From contig NC_052151.1 in NCBI RefSeq assembly GCF_902713615.1, forward strand, positions 201,899,703-201,963,702: a stretch of DNA of 64,000 bases, given 5' to 3'. The notes below the pieces were generated by a model, which saw only the letters and a list, made by a program, of their open reading frames with translations, did no database searches and was not told where the DNA came from. The stretch's first letter is position 1, and each line of letters starts with the position of its first letter. A program made the position numbers and the translations under genes. Origin of the DNA: Scyliorhinus canicula. Lineage: Eukaryota. This document shows, one piece after another, positions 12,431 through 25,000 of the stretch.

Positions 12431-15140
12431 CTAACCCCGTGCTGTACCTGTCCTGGGAGTATTTGATGGGGACAGTGTAGAAGGAGCTTTACTCTGTATC
12501 CAACCCCGTGCCGTACCTGGCCTGGGAGTGTTTGATGGGCACAGTGTAGAGGGAGCTTTACTCTGTATCTAACCCCGTGCTGTACCTGTCCTGGGAGTGT
12601 TTGATTGGGTCAGTGTAGACGGAGCTTTACTCTGTATCTAACCCCGTGCTGTACCTGTCCTGGGAGTGTTTGATGGCGACAGTGTAGAGGGAGCTTTACT
12701 CTGTATTTAACCCCGTGCTGTACCTGTCCTGGGAGTGTTTGATGGGGACAGTGTAGAGGGAGCTTTACTCTGTATCTAACCCCGTGCTGTACCTGTCTTG
12801 GGAATGTTTGATGGGGACAGTGTAGAGGGAGATTTAATCTGAATCTAACCCCATGCTGTACCTGTCCTGGGAGAGTTTGATGGGGACAGTGTAGAAGGAG
12901 CTTTACTCTGTATCTAATGCCGTGCTGTACCTGTGCTGGGTGTGTTTGATGGGGACAGTGTGGAAGGAGCTTTACTCTGTATCTAACCCCGTGCTGTTCC
13001 TGTCCTGGGAGTGTTTGATGGGGACAGTGAAGAGGGAGCTTTACTCTGTATCTAACCCTGTGCTGCACCTATCCTGGGAGTGTTTGATGGGGACAGTGTA
13101 GACGGAGCTATATGCTGTATCTAACCCCGTGGTGTACCTGTCCTGGGAGTGATTGATGGGGACAGTGTAGTGGGAGCTTTACTCTGTATCTAACCCCGTG
13201 CTGTACCTGTCCTGGGATTGATTGATGGGGACAGTATTGATGGAGCTTTACTCTGTATCTAACCCCGTGCTGTACCTGTCCTGGGATTGTTTGATGGGGA
13301 CAGTGTAGAGGGAGCTTAACTCTGTATCTAACCCCGTGCTGTACCTGTCCTGGGAGTGTTTGATGGGGACAGCGTAGAGGGAGCTTTACTCTGTATCTAA
13401 CCCCGTGCTGTACCTGTCCTGTGAGTGTTTGATGGAGACAGTGTAGAGGGAGCTTTACTCTGTATCTAACCCCATGCTGTACCTGTCCTGGGAGTGTTTG
13501 ATGGGGACAGTGTAGAGGGAGCTTTACTCTGTATCTAACCCCGTGCTGTACCTGTCCTGGGAATGTTTGATGGGGACGGTGTAGAGGGAGCTTTACTCTG
13601 TATCTAACCCCGTGCTCTACCTGTCCTGGGAATGTTTGATGGGGACAGTGTGGAGGGAGCTTTACTCTGTACCTTACCCCATGCCGTACCTGTCCTGGGA
13701 GTGTTTGATGGGAACAGTGTTGAGGGAGCTTTACTCTGTATCTAACCCCGTGCTGTACCTGTCTTGGGAGTGTTTGATGGGGACAGTGTAGAGGGAGCTT
13801 TACTCTGTATCTAACGCAGTTCTGTACCTGTCCTGGGAGTGTTTGATGGGGACAGTGTAGAGGGAGCTTTACTCTGTATCTAACCCCGTGCAATACCCGC
13901 CATGGGAGTGTTTGATTGGGACAATGTAGAGGGAGATTTACTCTGTATCTAATGCAGTGCTGGACCTGTGCTGGATGTTTTTGATGGGGACAGTGTGGAA
14001 GGAGCTTTACTCTGTATCTAACCCCGTGCTGTTCCTGTCCTGGGAGTTTTGATGGGGACAGTGTAGAGGGAGCTTTACTCTGTGTCTAACTCTGTGCTGT
14101 ACCTGTCCTGGGAGTGTTTGATGGGGACAGTGTAGATGGAGCTTTACGCTGCATCTAACCCCGTGGTGTACCTGTCCTGGGAGTGATTGATGGGGACAGT
14201 GTAGAGGGAGCTTTACTCTGTATCTAACCCCGTGCTGTACATGGCCTGGGATTGATTGATGGGGACAGTATAGATGGAGCTTTACTCTGTATCTAACCCC
14301 GTGCTGTACCTATCCTGGGATTGTTTGATGGGGACAGTGTAGGGGGAGCGTTACTCTGTATCTAACCCCGTGCTGTACCTGTCCTGGGAGTGTTTGATGG
14401 GGACAGTGTAGAGGGAGCTTTACTGTGTATCTAACCCCGTGCTCTACCTGTCCTGGGAGTGTTTGATGGGGACAGTGTTGAGGGAGCTTTACTCTGTATC
14501 TAACCCCGTGCTGTACCTGCACTGGGAGTGTTTCATGGGGACAGTGTAGAAGGAGCTTTACTCTGTATCTAACCCTGTGCTGTACCTGTCCTGGGAGTGT
14601 TTGATGGGAGCAATGTAGAGGGAGCTTTACTCTGTATCTAACCCTGTGCTGTACCTGTCCTGGGAGTGTTTGATGGGGACAGTGTAGAGGGAGCTTTACT
14701 CTGTATCTAACCCTGTGTTGTACCTGCCCTGGGAGTGTTTGATGGGGACAGTGTAGAGGGAGCTTTACTCTGTATCTAACCCCCATGTTGTACCTGCCCT
14801 GGGAGTGTTTGATGGGGACAGTGTAGAGGGAGCTTTACTCTGTATCTAACCCCGTGTTGTACCTGCCCTTGGAGTGTTTGATGGGGACAGTGTAGAGGAA
14901 GATTTACTCTGTACCTAACCCCGTGCTGTACCTGTCCTGGGAGTGTTTGATGGGGACAGTGTAGAGGGAGCTTTACTCTGTATCTAACCCCGTGTTGTAC
15001 CTGCCCTTGGAGTGTTTGATGGGGACAGTGTAGAGGGAGCTTTACTCTGTATCTAACCCCGTGCTGTACCTGCCCTGGGAGTGTTTGATGGGGACAGTGT
15101 AGAGGAAGATTTACTCTGTACCTAACCCCGTGCTGTGCCG
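12430..15140 (+). repeat. 69-bp tandem satellite, about 39 units
   Basis: Unit accccgtgctgtacctgtcctgggagtgtttgatggggacagtgtagagggagctttactctgtatcta; gives 23-aa periodic ORFs. Confidence 0.95.
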
Positions 15141-15515
15141 TGCTGAGGAAGTTGATAATTGCCTTGTCGAGAGTGCAGAGGAGATTTACAATAATGTGGC
15201 AAGAGTTTGAAAATTGGCAGCTATGAGGAGAGATTGGATAGTGTAAGTTTGTTTTGGTTAGAACAGAGGAGGCTAACGGGTGACCTTATTCAGCTGACCA
15301 GCTAAAATGGCAGCCCTTGCCCGAGGCCTCCAAACCTCCACACTCCCCCAACAAAAAAAACGGTCCACTCACCTTTGATGCTCCCAAACACTCCACCACC
15401 AAACCCACCAAAACATTTCAAAGTGGAAAAGGTTTTCCAAGAACAACAAATATTCCCCTTACCAACTCCTCAAAATTCCTGCTTCTCCTGCCAATCCATT
15501 TGCCTCAGAACCTCC

Positions 15516-15919
15516 TGTCATAACATACACATCAGTGTATAATGGTGCATATACAGACACTGACTGACACACTGAATGACCAATCAACACACAGAATACA
15601 GCAGCCAATCACCAGAGAGGACACGGCCACTATAAAGCAAGGTGGCACTAGTTTTCCCGCTCATACGGGATGCAGCCTCTGAGACAGCCAGAGCCCGTGA
15701 GCAGCAACAGGAACATCCACCATGTGCCAGCAGGATAGTCTGGTCAGGTTAGCCTCAGGTCTCCAGTCAACTCAGCATAGTGTCAACCCACAGTGCAAGT
15801 ATGTTTAACAGCTCATAGTTCTATAAAATAGAGTTGTAATTCTACAACTGTTGGTAGCCTGTCTCTCTCACTGCTATAGTAAACGCAGTCCTCGCAGACC
15901 CAGCTTACCCAACACATCA
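15516..15919 (+). mobile_element. Solo LTR of the Gypsy family at 56290-61378
   Basis: TGTCA...CATCA, 5-bp TSD CCTCC, homologous to the 403-bp LTRs. Confidence 0.9.
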
Positions 15920-16690
15920 CCTCCATCACTTCCTCTGGCGCACCAAAATAATATTCTCGCTTTGAGAAAGTCACCCAGAGGCGGGCCGGGTACAGCATTC
16001 CAAACTCCATCCCCTTCTTGAAGAGGACAGCCTTGACCCAATTAAACCTGGCCCTCCTCTTCGCCAGATCTGTGCCCAGGTCCTGATACACCCGCAGCTC
16101 GTTCCCATCCGAGGTGCACTTCCTCGTCTGCCTCGCCCACCGAAGAATCTTTTCTTTGTCCAAGGAACAGTGCAATCTCACCACCACCCTTGGTAGCTCG
16201 CACGCCTGCTATGAGGTGAGCTGCTCCTCGTGCTCCCCCACCGCCTCCTCCACTTTCTGGTTCATCTGGCCCTGGGACTCCAGCCTCTGCTCCACTCTCT
16301 CATTACCCTCTGTGAAGGGCTCTACCACATTGGCCAGGTCCCCGAGGGCCATCTCCTTCTGCTGACTAAACGTATCATTTAAAAAGTCCACCATCTGCTC
16401 CGTTGACCACTGGACGGGCAGAACAGGCCCTTTGCTCTCCGCCGTCTGAACCTGTGGCACACCGCGAACACTCTCCCGCCCCAACAGCTCTTTCCTTCTT
16501 GCCCCACTCCTAGTCCGTTGATCCATCCACCAACCACAGCAGAGGGGTTACACCTTCCCCTGGCACTCCTACAGCTCTTTCCATTCCGGAAAATACCTCC
16601 CATCAAACGGGGAAAGGACCAAAAGATCCCAGCTTGAGCGGGAGTTACCAAATATGCGACCGCTCGCTCCATGGCCGCCACCGGAAGTTC
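15920..16690 (-). mobile_element. L1/Tx1-type LINE ORF1 fragment
   Basis: LRVYQDLG.DLAKRR..F..VK..L..KG..FGMLYPARL.VT motif of the L1-type ORF1 C-terminus (ORF 15813..16187). Confidence 0.75.
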
Positions 16691-17809
16691 AGCATGCATT
16701 TTATAACCACCTATGTTTGCTGTGGAGAAATCTCACGTTACGACATCCTGAATGAGTGTGTGGTTAATTCCAGTCCCACAGGCCCTGGAGTCCCGACGCA
16801 AGTGAATTGACCAAATATTTTTATAAAATTCCCCAAATCTTTGGCCCTTGGCAGCTCAATAATTGACAGTCACCAAGTCTGTAAACACAATTACTGTTTA
16901 TTTGTAACAGAAATTAAGATCGAATATGCAGGGATTACAACGGAATAGCGACAAGCACACCGAGCACCGAGAGATGCTACTTCCAGCTTCTGAACTGAAA
17001 ACAAAACTAAAACAACCCAGGCTTACTGGAGAGAGGGAAAGATTCCAGTGAAGTCAGAACCGATCACCACTGGCTATCAGCAAAGACAGGCTTTTCGAGC
17101 ACTTTCATTGGCCGCCAGCCAAGTCAGTCAAACTGAGTCTTCACTGACCTCTCCAGCTTGAATTAAAGGGAAAGTCTTGTTTAAAGTCATAGGCCCATTA
17201 ATCATCTATGGATAAAAATTGTAATGACAAAATAAATTAAAGAAAGTGGAAGACAGGAAACAAACAGGGTTTAAACAGGAGGACCCATACACTCATAAAA
17301 TCCTGTTTGAATAAGTTCTTCTGAACCAACCCATAAATTCCCAATCAGGTTCAACCTGTGCAGGACCAAATCTGCAAATCTGCAAATAGCTTTGGTCAGA
17401 AACTGCAGATCTATGAACCAGACGATTGTAGATGCCTCCAGCCCATCTTCATGGCTACCTGGCATGCTTTTGGATGTTCCAAATAGAAATGCAACTTAAT
17501 TTTCTTACCTTCAAAATAACCTCAGGATCTATGAAACTAATTGATTTAGGTAAGTGTGGACCTTCTAACTCCATTACAAACTTAGAAATGAGTCATTCTT
17601 TGTTCAAATTTGCCGTTCTCCCTCTGACACAATAATGTAAACTCAGGTTACCTTATAACTGTAAATTAATCCAGATTTGTTTGATTTGCATTTACATTGA
17701 GTGTTGTACATCAGTTTCTTAATCTTGCTTTCCTATTTATCCACATTAAAATAAATCCACTTCCTAAAACATGAATTACGAGACGACATATTCATTACAG
17801 CATTCCTAA

Positions 17810-18725
17810 TAAAACATAGAAAATAGGAGCAGGAGGAGGACATTACGCCCTTCAAGCCAGCGTTGCCATTCATTATGATCATGGCTGATCATCCAATTCA
17901 ATAGCCGAATCCTGTTTTCCCCTTCGCCCTATGTGCAATATCTAACCCCTTGAAAACATGCAATTTGTTGACCTCAACTCCTTCCTATGGTAACAAATTC
18001 CACAGGCCGACCACTATCTGGGTGAAGAAATTTCTCCTCATCTCTGTCCTCAATGGTCCACCCCATATCCTCAGACTGAGAGCCCTGGTTCTGGACAAAC
18101 CTGCCATCGGGAACAGCCTTCCTGCGTCTACCCTGTCCCCATCGGGAACATCCTTCCTGCATCTACCCTGTCCCCATCGGCAACATCCTTCCTGCATCTA
18201 CCCTGTCCCCATCGGGAACATCCTTCCTGCATCTACCCTGTCCCCATCGGGAACATCCGTCCTGCATCTACCCTGTCTCCATCGGGAACATCCTTCCTGC
18301 ATCTACCCTGTCTCCATCGGGAACATCCTTCCTGCATCTACCCTGTCTCCATCGGGAACATCCTTCCTGCATCTACCCTGTCCCCATCGGGAACATCCTT
18401 CCTGCATCTACCCTGTCTCCATCGGGAACATCCTTCCTGCATCTACCCTGTACCCATCGGGAATATCCTTCCTGCATCTTCCCTGTCCCCATCGGGAACA
18501 TCCTTCCTGCATCTTCCCTGTCCCCATCGGGAACATCCATCCTGCATCTACCCTGTCTCCATCGGGAACATCCTTCCTGCATCTACCCTGTCCCCATCGG
18601 CAACATCCATCCTGCAAATACCCTGTCCCCATCGGGAACATCCTTCCTGAATCTTCCCTGGCTAGTCCTCTTGGAATTTTATAGGTTTCTATGAGAGCCC
18701 CCCCTCATTCTTCTTAACTCCAGTG
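17810..18725 (-). mobile_element. CR1 3' fragment containing a 35-bp tandem array
   Basis: EMRRNFFTQ.VVGLWN motif and atagaa tail; array at 18105-18660. Confidence 0.8.
18105..18660. repeat. 35-bp tandem repeat (catcgggaacatccttcctgcatctaccctgtccc), about 16 units
   Basis: Direct 35-bp periodicity. Confidence 0.93.
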
Positions 18726-19190
18726 AACACAATCTATAATCGATTTGATCTCTGCTGCACTATTTAATAAGTTGTGATAACAACTTGTCAGAGCACTAAC
18801 CAGGAGCAATGTCATGGTGGATCTATTAATTATGTGATAAATAATTAGTGGGTTTGATGCAGTAGTTTGAGGATGGAAGTCGGGCAAAAAGGCAAGTTCC
18901 AAGGGCAGTCAGAGCTTAATTGCAATCCATTGATTTGAAATTGCTTAATAATGCAGTAGCTAACAGTAAAGCGGGAGGGAGATTGATTAGGTTATACGGT
19001 CGGATATTCAGAGGAAACTTATGGTTTACCTTTACTTTACTGAAAAGGCTTCGAGCACCTTTGAGGCATCAGACGTGGAGTATGACTGGTGGGATCTGGG
19101 ATCTCCCTTAGACACAGGGATTGTGCCATAATTACACTGTTCATGGCAGAGGGGCTCCAGGGAAGGTTACAGAAATAGAGAGGATTATAG

Positions 19191-19532
19191 GGGCAGCACG
19201 GTAGCATAGTGGTTAGCACAATTGCTTCACAGCCCCAGGGTCCCAGGTTCGATTGGCTTGGGTCACTGTCTGTGTGGAGTCTGCACGTCCTCCCCGTGTG
19301 TGCGTGGGTTTCCTCCGGGTGCTCCGGTTTCCTCCCACAGTCCAAAGATGTGCAGGTTAGGTGGATTGGCCGTGATAAATTGCCCTTAGTGTCCAAAATT
19401 GCCCTTAGTTTTAGGTGTGGTTATGGGAATAGGGTGGAGGTGTGGGCTTGGGTAGGGTGCTCTTTCAAAGAGCCGGTGCAGACTTGATGGGCCGAATGGC
19501 CTCCTTCTGCACTGTAAATGCTATGATTCTAT
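19191..19532 (+). mobile_element. HE1-like SINE
   Basis: Same head and body as 2394-2743. Confidence 0.85.
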
Positions 19533-19689
19533 AGAGGCTGGCCATGGTTACACAACTGCACAGGTTATTAGGAGCTTGAGAAGGTTACGGAGATAGGGAG
19601 GGTTATATCTGCTGGAGAAGGTCACAGAGTTACGAAAGTTTGTCAGGGCTTGAGAAGGTTACAGAGATAGGAAAGGTTTTACGGAGGTA

Positions 19690-19960
19690 TGGAGGGTTGT
19701 ATGGGCTGGGGGAGGGGGGCGGAGGTTACAGCGATAGTAAAGAGGTCATATTGGGATTTGACCAGGAGGGTGAGTGAATTGGACTGGGAGACAATGTAGA
19801 CCAGCGAGCACAGGGGGCGACAGGTGAATGGTTCTTGATGTGAGTTTGGGACATGGGGACAGCAGAGTTTTGGATGAACTGAAGTTTACAGGAGGTGGCA
19901 GACGGGAGACCAGCTGGGGGAGCTTTGGAATAGTCGAGTCTGGGACTCAATGTCCACGGG
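19690..19960 (-). mobile_element. L2-like LINE RT C-terminal fragment
   Basis: RLDYS...AGLPS.T..KLQ.IQNSA motif (ORF 19726..19950). Confidence 0.6.
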
Positions 19961-20391
19961 TTGGAGTTTCAGCAGCCGAGTCACTTCAAAGATTGGGGGA
20001 AATCCTCTATTTCAATGTTCGGCCCAGATTGAACAACACGGAGAAGATGACCCCCAGTCCACTCTACGCCCGGGTCATTCAGAGCCGTGAAATACAGCCT
20101 GTGCGAAGATTCCAGTGAGCACACATCAGGAAAATCTGAGATCTCTCTACCTGAATATGGGATATTCCCTCTTTCTGTCATTCTCAATCTTGTCACGGGG
20201 CAGAAAGTCAGCCTCTCGTTGGCTGCAGCTGGGATCTTGCTGTGCATGGCTGGGTGTTTTGTGATTTATCCCATTGGGGTAACAGTGGATTGCGCTCTGA
20301 AAACAGCCTGGGACAGTTTGAGATAGTTCCTGAGACAGCTGGAACACTCCCTTCACTCCTTTCACCTCCTCAACACGCGTCCTCCATCTCT

Positions 20392-20438
20392 TCATCCATC
20401 CAGCTCAGAGAGAGGTCCCTCTGTCCCTCCACGCAGCT
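20392..20438 (-). CDS. Putative last coding exon (ELRGGTEGPLSELDG*)
   Basis: Acceptor ctccctcacag, TGA at 20394-20392. No polyA signal was found nearby. Confidence 0.45.
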
Positions 20439-20910
20439 CTGTGAGGGAGTCAGGAATCACAATGTCAGCACAGAGGAGAGGAGAGGGAGAGAACAGGAGA
20501 GGGAGAGGGAAGGGTGAGGAGGGAGAGGGAGGGATAGGGGAAGGAAGAGAGGGGAGGGAGAGGAGATGAAAGGGGAGGGAGTGCAGAGGGAGGAGATGAT
20601 GGGAGGGAGAGGGTGCGGGAAGGAAGTGAAGGGAGATTTGAGAGGAGGGAAAGTTGAGGGAAAGGGAAGTGAAGGAGAGAATGGGGAAAGACGTTTTGAA
20701 GGAACAGGAGGAGAGCAAGGGAGAGGTGAGGAAAGTGACAGAGACAGGAGGGTGAGGGAGATGGGAAGGGGAGGGAATGGAAGAGAATGTGGAGTGGAGG
20801 GTCAATGGCGGAGGGAGCAGGAGGGGGGGATGGATTGCAGGAAGTGAAGAAGATTTTAAATGAAGGGAGTTGGGGGAGGGGGATATGAGTCTACGGAAGG
20901 AGTCACCAAC

Positions 20911-20955
20911 CTTTCCAAGTTTGCATCCACGTTCTCCGACCCCGCAACTGGGTTC
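20911..20955 (-). CDS. Putative exon 5, 45-nt cytoplasmic micro-exon (RTQLRGRRTWMQTWK in phase 1)
   Basis: Strong pyrimidine tract and ctctcag acceptor, donor AAG|GTTGGT, basic residues after the TM helix. The frame depends on the weak exon 4 donor. Confidence 0.55.
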
Positions 20956-21899
20956 CTGAGAGAGGGCAGAGAGAAGGAGGGAGATCAGTGAGCTGACACA
21001 GCGCTGGATCCTAATCTCTATCGGTCTGTTTCTTCTCTTCATTGTCCTCTCTCTCCGTCACTCTACCTTCAATCTCCCTCTCACCCTACTTCTCATTCAT
21101 TCTCTCTCCCATTCCCTCTCACCACGCCACACTCATTCATTATCTCTCTCTCTTTCTCCCCCCACCGCTCATCCTCTTTGCTATGTTTCTCAACCCTGCC
21201 TCTCTCAACCACTTCTCTCTCACACACTCTTCTCTCTCTGTCTGTTTCTCACTCTCTCTCCTTCCCCATGTCTGCGTGGGTTTCCTCGGGGTGCTCCAGT
21301 TTCCTGCCAAAGCCCAAAGGTGTGAAGAACAGTTGGATTGACCATCCTAAATTGCCCCTTAGTGTCCAAAGAGATTGAGGTTGGGTAGATTGGTTATCTT
21401 GTGTCTCAGGACATGCAGTTTTGGTGGGTTGGGGGATTGTTCGATAGTTCGGGGGAGTGGGTCTAGATAGGGTCGGTACAGGGTTGTTGAGTCGAATGGC
21501 CTCATTCTGCACTGTAGGGTTTCTGTAGATTCTCTCTGTCACTTTCCCCTCAATCACGGCTGCTCTTTTGTGGTCTTTCTCTCTCTTTCTGTCTCCTGCC
21601 CTCTCATTCTTTCTCTCATTCTCTCCTCTCTCACTCAATGCATCGCTCAAATTGTCTCCCACCCTGGCTCTCGCAATCTCTCTCTTTCTTTAACTCTTTC
21701 AATTATTGGCCCTCTTTCTCTTCCAATCTCCCTCCCTCTCTTTTCTCTAACTCTACCTCCCTTTACCCCTCTCTCTGTCTCGCTCTGTCTCATTCTCTAT
21801 TTGTCTCTCTTTTTCCATCACTCTGTCTCCATCATAATATCTAGGAATATTGAACATTAACACTCAGTACAATTCAGAAATGATGTCTGAATACTCAAC

Positions 21900-22004
21900 G
21901 TTTGCTGATCACTTGGACGATGACAATGACCGAGAGGAGAATAGTCAGGATGGTGACAGAAATGATCATCTTCACACTACTCGGAGAGCAACAGGATTGT
22001 TCAG
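21900..22004 (-). CDS. SLAM/CD2-like exon 4, stalk and transmembrane helix
   Basis: Acceptor tttctttccccttccccctccccag. Translation AEQSCCSPSSVKMIISVTILTILLSVIVIVQVISK. The donor C|GTTGAG is weak; read-through gives KR*. Confidence 0.8.
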
Positions 22005-22096
22005 CTGGGGAGGGGGAAGGGGAAAGAAAAATAATTTTATAGAGACATATTTCAGAGCTCAGTCACAAAACCTTTCATCAATTTTTGACACATCAA

Positions 22097-25000
22097 AGAA
22101 CATAGAATATAGAACACTACAGCGCAGTACGGGCCCTTCGGCCCTCGATGTTGCGCTGACCTGTGAAACCATCTGAAGCCTATCTGACCTACACTATTCC
22201 ATTTTCATCCATATGTCTATCCAGTGATCACTTAAATGCCCTTAAAGTTGGCGAGTCTACTACTGTTGCAGGCAGGGCGTTGCACACCCCTACTACTCTC
22301 TGAGTAAAGAAACTGCCTCTGACATCTGTCCTATATCTACCACCCCTCAATTTAAAGCTATGTCCCCTCGTGTTCGTCATCACCATCCGAGGAAAAAGAT
22401 TCTCACTGTCCACCCTATCTAACCCTCTGACTATCTTATATGTCTCTATTAAGTCACCTCTCAGCCTTCTCCTCTCTAACGAAAACAGCCTCAAGTCCCT
22501 GAGCCTTTCCTCGTAAGACCTTCCTTCCATACCAGGCAACATCCTAGTAAATCTCCTCTGAACCCTTTCCAAAGCTTCCACATCCTTCCTATAATGTGGT
22601 GACCAGAACTGCACGCAGTACTCCAGGTGCGGCCGCACCAGAGTTATGTACAGCTGCAGCATGACCTTGTGGTTCCGAAACTCAATCCCCCTGCTTATAA
22701 AGGATAGCACACCATATGCCTTCTTAACAGCCCTATTAACCTGGGTGGCAACTTTCAGGGATTTATGTACCTGGATGCCGAGATCTCTCTGTTCATCTAC
22801 ACTACCAAGAATCTTGCCATTAGCCCAGTACTCTGCATTCCTGTTACTCCTTCCAAAGTGAACCACCTCACACTTTTCCGCATTAAACTCCATCTGCCAC
22901 CTCTCAGCCCAGCTCTGCAGCTTATCTATGTCCCTCTGTATCTTATAACATCCTTCAGCACTATCCACAACTCCACCGACCTTCGTGTCATCTGCAAATT
23001 TACTAACCCATCCTTCTACACCCTCTTCCAGGTCATTTATAAAAATGACAAACAGCAGTGGCCCCAAAACAGATCCTTGCGGTACACCACTAGTAACTGA
23101 ACTCCACGATGAACATTTGCTATCAACCACCACCCTCTGTCTTCTTTCAGCTAGCCAATTACTGATCCAAACCACTAAATCACCTTCAATTCCATACTTC
23201 CTTATTTTCTGCAATAGCCTACCGTGGGGAACCTTATCAAACGCCTTACTGAAATCCATATACACCACATCAACAGCTTTACCCTGATCCACCTGTTTGG
23301 TCACCTTCTCAAAAAACTCAATAAGGTTTGTGAGGCATGACCTACCCTTCACAAAACCGTGTTGAGTATCGCTAATCAACTTGTTCTTTTCAAGATGATT
23401 ATAAACCCTATCTCTTATAACCTTTTCCAACATTTTACCCACAACCGAAGTAAGGCTCACAGGTCTATAATTACCAGGGTTGTCTCTACTCCCTTTCTTG
23501 AACAAGGGGACAACATTTGCTATCCTCCAGTCTTCCAGCACTATTCCTGTCGACAAAGACGACATAAAGATCAAGGACAAAGGCTCTGCAATCTCCTCCC
23601 TGGCTTCCCAGAGAATCCTAGGATAAATCCCATCTGGCCCAGGGGACTTATCTATTTTGACATTTTCTAAAATTGCTAACACCTCCTCCTTTTGAACCTC
23701 TATTCCATCTAGCCTGGTCGACTGAACCTGAGTGTTCTCCTCGACAACATTGTCTTTCTCCAGTGTAAACACTGACGAAAAATATCCATTTAATGCTTCC
23801 CCTATCTCCTCTGATTCCACACACAACTTTCCACTACTATCCTTGATTGGCCCTAATCTTACTCTAGTCATTCTTTTGTTCCTGATATACCTATAGAAAG
23901 CCTTAGGGTTTTCCTTGATCCTATCCGCCAGCGACTTTTCGTGTCCTCTCCTCGCTCTTCTTAACTCTCCCTTTAGGTCCTTCCTGGCTAACTTGTAACT
24001 CTCAAGTGCCCTAACTGAGCCTTCATGTCTCATCGTAACATAAGCCTTCTTCTTCCTCTTGACAAGTGCTTCAACTTCCTTAGTAAACCACGGTTCCCTT
24101 GCTCGACAACTTCCTCCCTGCCTGACAGGTACATACCTATCAAGGACACGCAGTAGCTGTTCCTTGAAAAAGCTCCACATTTCGATTGTACCCATCCCCT
24201 GCAGTTTCCTTCCCCATCCTATACATCCTAAATCTTGCCGAATAGCATCATAATTGCCTTTCCCCCAGCTATAATTCTTGCCTTGCGGTATATACCTATC
24301 CCTGCCCATTGCTAAAGTAAACATAACCGAGTTGTGATCACTATCACCAAAGTGCTCACCTACATCTAAATCTAACACCTGGCCGGGTTCATTACCCAGT
24401 ACCAAATCCAATGTGGCCTCGCCCCTTGTTGGCCTGTCTACATACTGTGTCAGAAAACCCTCCTGCACACACTGCACAAAAACTGACCCATCTATAGCAC
24501 TCGAACTATAGTATTTCCAGTCAATATTTGGAAAGTTAAAGTCCCCCATAACAACTACCCTGTTACTCTCGCTCCTGTCAAGAATCATCTTTGCAATCCT
24601 TTCCTCTACATCTCTGGAACTATTCGGAGGTCTATAGACAACGCCCAACAGGGTGACCTCTTCTCTACTGTTCCTCACCTCGGCCCATACTGCCTCAGTA
24701 GACGAGTCCTCAAGCGTCCTTTCTACCGCCGTAATACTTTCCTTGATTAACAATGCCACACCCCCCCCCCTCTTTTACCATCTTCTCTGTTCTTACAGAA
24801 ACATCTAAATCCTGGAACCTGCAACAACCATTCCTGTCCCTGCTCTACCCATGTCTCCGAAATCGCCACAACATCGAGATCCCAGGTACCAACCCATGCT
24901 GCAAGCTCACCCACCTTATTCCGGATGCTCCTGGCGTTGAAGTAGACACACTTCAAACCAGCGCCCTGCTTGCCGGTGCCCTCTTTCGAATTTTTAACCC

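Noticed and set aside
12430-15140. Regular arrays as CRISPR loci, or the His/Cys-rich 23-aa ORFs as zinc-finger genes
   Set aside because: Head-to-tail repeats without unique spacers, no cas genes, vertebrate context; the peptide has no C2H2 spacing.
16700-17800. AT-rich stretch as a gene or defined LTR
   Set aside because: It has LTR-like motifs, but I could not define termini, a TSD or a convincing ORF; left unannotated.
7853-20390. A second defensin paralog at the position equivalent to 46626-52464
   Set aside because: The duplication ends at 7852/40758, and no similar leader or six-Cys exon was seen in this interval by eye.
20147-20395. 82-aa minus-strand ORF as an extended cytoplasmic tail
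   Set aside because: It is in a different frame from the phase-1 exon chain and is preceded by an in-frame TGA; no ITSM. It is probably 3' UTR, though not excluded without cDNA.
20970-21130. Plus-strand hydrophobic stretch (RWILISIGLFLLFIVLSLR) as the receptor TM segment
   Set aside because: Wrong strand and a by-product of a CT-rich tract; the TM exon with proper splice sites is at 22004-21900 on minus.
22646-24253. Plus-strand ORFs overlapping the CR1 elements (also 44991-46015)
   Set aside because: Antisense shadows of RT coding sequence, shared only because the LINE copies are near-identical.
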